Shown in pieces: positions 61,551 to 64,000 of a DNA stretch of 64,000 nucleotides. The stretch lies in IMG/VR virus record IMGVR_UViG_3300046616_000242, positions 9,947-73,946 of that record, one strand, 5' to 3'. Each line of letters starts with the position of its first letter. The stretch's first letter is position 1. The stretch comes from a virus. The translations under genes were made by a program, and so were the position numbers. Below the pieces are notes generated by a model, which saw nothing but the letters and a program-made list of their open reading frames with translations, was not told where the DNA came from and searched no databases.

Positions 61551-61970
61551 TCAGGTATTAAGGGTCAGCGCGCCAGCGGCGATCTGAAGGGACTCGTTCG
61601 TCGCCGCCTGAAGCGGGCTGTCGATCGGCCACGCGTAGATGACGGTGCCGGTCGTGCCGGACACGGAGGTGACCAGGGCGGCGTAGGTGGCCGCGTCGGT
61701 CATGTCAGCGGTGAACGGACCGAAGAACAGCAGCGCGTTGTTGCCGGTGGTCATCGGGGCGCCGGACGGCGCGGTCCATACGACCTGCTGCCGGGCATAG
61801 CCGGGCGTGGAGACCTCCGGGAGGGAGGTCATGCTGTAGGTGCCGTCCTCCTGCGTCGGGTCGGCAATCAGCAGGGCCAGGTAGGTCGTACGCGGCGCCG
61901 CGAGGGCGATGGCCCGGCCGGTGAGCATGTCCAGGGCGTTACCGGCCCAGACGGGGTTCGTACCGGCCAT
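61551..61970 (-). CDS. Virion structural protein
   Basis: YLALLIADP..EV..GYARQ pattern typical of small phage tail proteins. Confidence 0.65.
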   Translation of the reverse strand: MAGTNPVWAGNALDMLTGRAIALAAPRTTYLALLIADPTQEDGTYSMTSLPEVSTPGYARQQVVWTAPSGAPMTTGNNALLFFGPFTADMTDAATYAALVTSVSGTTGTVIYAWPIDSPLQAATNESLQIAAGALTLNT

Positions 61971-62275
61971 CAGGCATCAACCTTCTTGAACAGTCGCGTG
62001 AAGTCGGACAGGTGCAGGGAGAAGTGCCGGACGGACTTGCCCGGCGCGTGGTCGCCCTCGTCGGTGATGACGTGCGTGTCGTGGACGTGCGCGAGCAGGA
62101 CGGAATCCTCGCCCGCGTGGCCGACGCCAGCGGTACCTGCCGGGTGTACGTCGACCACGACGACCGTGGAGCCGGTGGGAAGGTGTCCCAGTCCGGCTCC
62201 GTGGCCCTCGGCGTTCTCCAGCACGTACGACTCACCCGGTGCGGGCGCGGTCTTCACGAGTGAAGTGGTCTTCAT
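61970..62275 (-). CDS. Hypothetical protein, 101 aa
   Basis: ORF, AAGGAG RBS. Confidence 0.7.
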   Translation of the reverse strand: MKTTSLVKTAPAPGESYVLENAEGHGAGLGHLPTGSTVVVVDVHPAGTAGVGHAGEDSVLLAHVHDTHVITDEGDHAPGKSVRHFSLHLSDFTRLFKKVDA

Positions 62276-62296
62276 GAGTTAGGTCTCCTTGGACCG

Positions 62297-62671
62297 TCAG
62301 TGCCAGATGTAGCCGAGCGAGTCCAGGTGGTCGTAGAGAGGCTTCGGCGCCTTGTAGCGCTGCCCCTCTACGAAGTCGTAGTGCTGACCGTGGCCGAAGG
62401 TCATGTTCTCGATGGGGGTGTTCACGCGGAACTCGCGGTGCGGGGTCTCCACCTCGACGGCCTCGGCGACCTCGATGACGGTCTCGACGACCGGCTCCGG
62501 GGTCTTCGGCCGGGCCTCGACGACGGTGTCCGACTTCTCGGAAGCCGCAGCCGCGTTGATGAGAGAGATCTCCCTCTCGCGGGCCGCCAGTTCGTCGGCG
62601 TGCTCCTTGGTGAGGGCGGCCTTGTTACGGCCGGTCAGGTCACCGGGACGAGCGACATTGCGTGCAGGCAT
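62297..62671 (-). CDS. Hypothetical capsid-region protein, 124 aa
   Basis: ORF, GGAG RBS. Confidence 0.75.
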   Translation of the reverse strand: MPARNVARPGDLTGRNKAALTKEHADELAAREREISLINAAAASEKSDTVVEARPKTPEPVVETVIEVAEAVEVETPHREFRVNTPIENMTFGHGQHYDFVEGQRYKAPKPLYDHLDSLGYIWH

Positions 62672-62726
62672 TTGTTTCTCCGGGTTCGGGACTCAGGTAT
62701 GTGAGGCGGTACTACTTTAACGAGGA

Positions 62727-62763
62727 AGGGGAGCGGTCCTGGTAATCCAGAAACCGCTCCCCT
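62727..62763. terminator. Hairpin after the major capsid gene
   Basis: aggggagcggt / accgctcccct. Confidence 0.7.
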
Positions 62764-62820
62764 AACCTTCAGGATCGCGCGACCGCGAATACCAACTAAG
62801 CCATCAGACGGGCTGAGAGA

Positions 62821-63807
62821 TTAGTTGGTCTCCGCGATCAGAACGGCCTGGTCCGTGATCAAGCCGAGGCCCCAGATCGCGTACCACGCGAGCGCGTGCT
62901 CTCGTCCGAAGTCGAGAATGCCGCCGTCGCGCAATTCCACCGGAAGCGAGATCGCGTGGCCGAACGCATTGTCGCCCAGGAAGATCGACTGGTAGACAGT
63001 CTTGCCGCCCGCATTGGTGACCTGCTTGACCTGCGTGGTCTCGATGAACACCGTGTCCGCGATCCGGCCGATCTCACCCAAAAGGAAGTTCCCCGGGGCC
63101 GCGTACTTGGTCACCTCTATGAATTCGGGATCATCACGCAACTTGCGGGACTGGTGCGGGTGAATGAAGCAGACGTAGGTCTCGCCGAGACGCGGGACAT
63201 TCTTCGTCGCCAACGTTTCGACCGCGTCCTTTACCAGGGCCGTGGTGAAGTCGTAGGTGCCGTCCAGAGCGTCCGTGGAAGTCACGGTGGTGCCGTGGCC
63301 GTAGACGCCCATGCCGCTCATCGCGGACGCAGTGGCGTACTTGTTGTAGCCCCAGATCTTACTAGTTGCCTGAAGCAACGTGTCTCGGGCTGACTGGTCG
63401 AGGTAGAGAGCCATGTTGCGTCCGAGCAGGCGCGATGCGCTCGCCATGACGTCGTCGAACGAGGCGTTCAACAGCAACTCGGAGACCGCGACGGCGTAGC
63501 CGTGCTCGGCGACGGTGATGGAGAACTGCGAGGCCGAAAGGGCGTTGGTCTGCATCCGGACGCCTTCAACCAACTGGCTGGCGGCACCCAGGTTGTTGTA
63601 GCGCATGAAGTTGATCGTCAGACCAGGCTGAACGCCCAATTCGGTCTTCTTCACCGCAAACTGCTCGAACCGAAGAATCGGCATCGACTGGAACAAAATT
63701 TCCTTGCTCCAGATGGTCTGAATGGCCGCACCGAGAGTGCTGTTGGCGCCCGAGTAGTTCGTCGGGGAGGCCGACAGGTTCGGGGTACCAGTGATCGCGC
63801 TTGGCAT
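62821..63807 (-). CDS. Major capsid protein (N4-gp56-like family)
   Basis: LRFEQFA..GLTINFMRY..L.EG, EHG, HPHQ..LRDD, GEIG and DFGR motifs. Confidence 0.92.
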   Translation of the reverse strand: MPSAITGTPNLSASPTNYSGANSTLGAAIQTIWSKEILFQSMPILRFEQFAVKKTELGVQPGLTINFMRYNNLGAASQLVEGVRMQTNALSASQFSITVAEHGYAVAVSELLLNASFDDVMASASRLLGRNMALYLDQSARDTLLQATSKIWGYNKYATASAMSGMGVYGHGTTVTSTDALDGTYDFTTALVKDAVETLATKNVPRLGETYVCFIHPHQSRKLRDDPEFIEVTKYAAPGNFLLGEIGRIADTVFIETTQVKQVTNAGGKTVYQSIFLGDNAFGHAISLPVELRDGGILDFGREHALAWYAIWGLGLITDQAVLIAETN

Positions 63808-63842
63808 ACTTGGATTTCCTTAGTTACGGGTACTCGACCGAA

Positions 63843-64000
63843 TTACGAGTACAGTCCACGCTGGTTCTGGGCTGCCTGACCGACGCCCAACTGGCCCCGA
63901 ATCTTGGCGTACTCCGACATCGGCATGTCGCGGAGGTCAGAAAGGGAGTACGACTTAGTGCCCGGATCGGTGTCCATTGGTCCCGTGGTGGAATAGCCCG
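63843..64000 (-). CDS. Capsid scaffolding protein, C-terminal part (partial)
   Basis: ..DLRDMPMSEYAKIRGQLG..GLYS* immediately upstream of the capsid gene. Confidence 0.7.
   Translation of the reverse strand, partial: GYSTTGPMDTDPGTKSYSLSDLRDMPMSEYAKIRGQLGVGQAAQNQRGLYS

Larger units (their letters stand above)
5859..61563 (+). repeat. Dispersed, strand-polarised motif G(G/A)TATTAAG (CTTAATAYC on the coding strand), at least 29 copies
   Basis: Copies start at 5859, 7379, 10120, 11103, 11700, 12763, 14189, 14216, 17573, 19376, 21673, 22117, 23293, 24807, 26270, 28255, 29042, 29791, 33108, 36077, 36846, 38089, 38488, 40162, 50451, 53310, 57278, 58873, 61554; none seen in reverse orientation. 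Confidence 0.95.

Noticed and set aside
5859-61563. TATTAAG word as a T7-like promoter (TAATAC) or a simple amino-acid preference
   Set aside because: Similarity to the T7 promoter stops after 6 nt and no single-subunit RNA polymerase is in the window. Rare codons, an intergenic copy and an ordinarily coded LNT argue against protein-level selection.
1451-62282. Many long plus-strand ORFs (e.g. 1451..3541, 23553..25391, 26476..28416, 31349..32818)
   Set aside because: They are antisense shadows of well-supported minus-strand genes in high-GC DNA, with no recognisable motifs or RBS.

Overview
This window is 64 kb of a large, GC-rich (visually about 68-70%) actinobacteriophage or prophage, most likely infecting Streptomyces, with a contractile tail. 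Essentially every real gene is on the minus strand; the long plus-strand ORFs are antisense shadows. In transcription order (right to left) the modules are: (1) scaffold end, major capsid, neck, sheath, tube, chaperone with a candidate frameshift, tape measure, baseplate, spike/fibre and holin-like genes (64-39.5 kb); (2) replication, recombination and nucleotide metabolism: HTH initiator with internal ori-like repeats, DnaC-like loader, DnaB, primase, SNF2 helicase, MerR-like HTH, SSB, Pol A, NrdJ, RecA, two resolvase-like nucleases, WhiB, Cas4-like nuclease, ThyX, dNMP kinase (39.5-17.2 kb); (3) SpoVS, small basic proteins, a glycosylase-like protein, a GH25 endolysin and a nucleotidyltransferase / ParB-like / HAD-like / TGT-like cluster (17.1-5.6 kb); (4) small early-type genes behind strong sigma70-type promoters (<5.5 kb). 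Two DNA-level signals are not explained by the genes. The first is a strictly strand-polarised AT-rich word, G(G/A)TATTAAG, with at least 29 copies, mostly inside ORFs as rare-codon Leu-Asn-Thr/Ile. The second is an AAGCCGTAAT-like box arrayed with a 14-bp period over promoters. I saw no tRNA, CRISPR array, integrase, terminase or portal. All family assignments come from recognising motifs by eye, not from database searches, and motif counts are manual.
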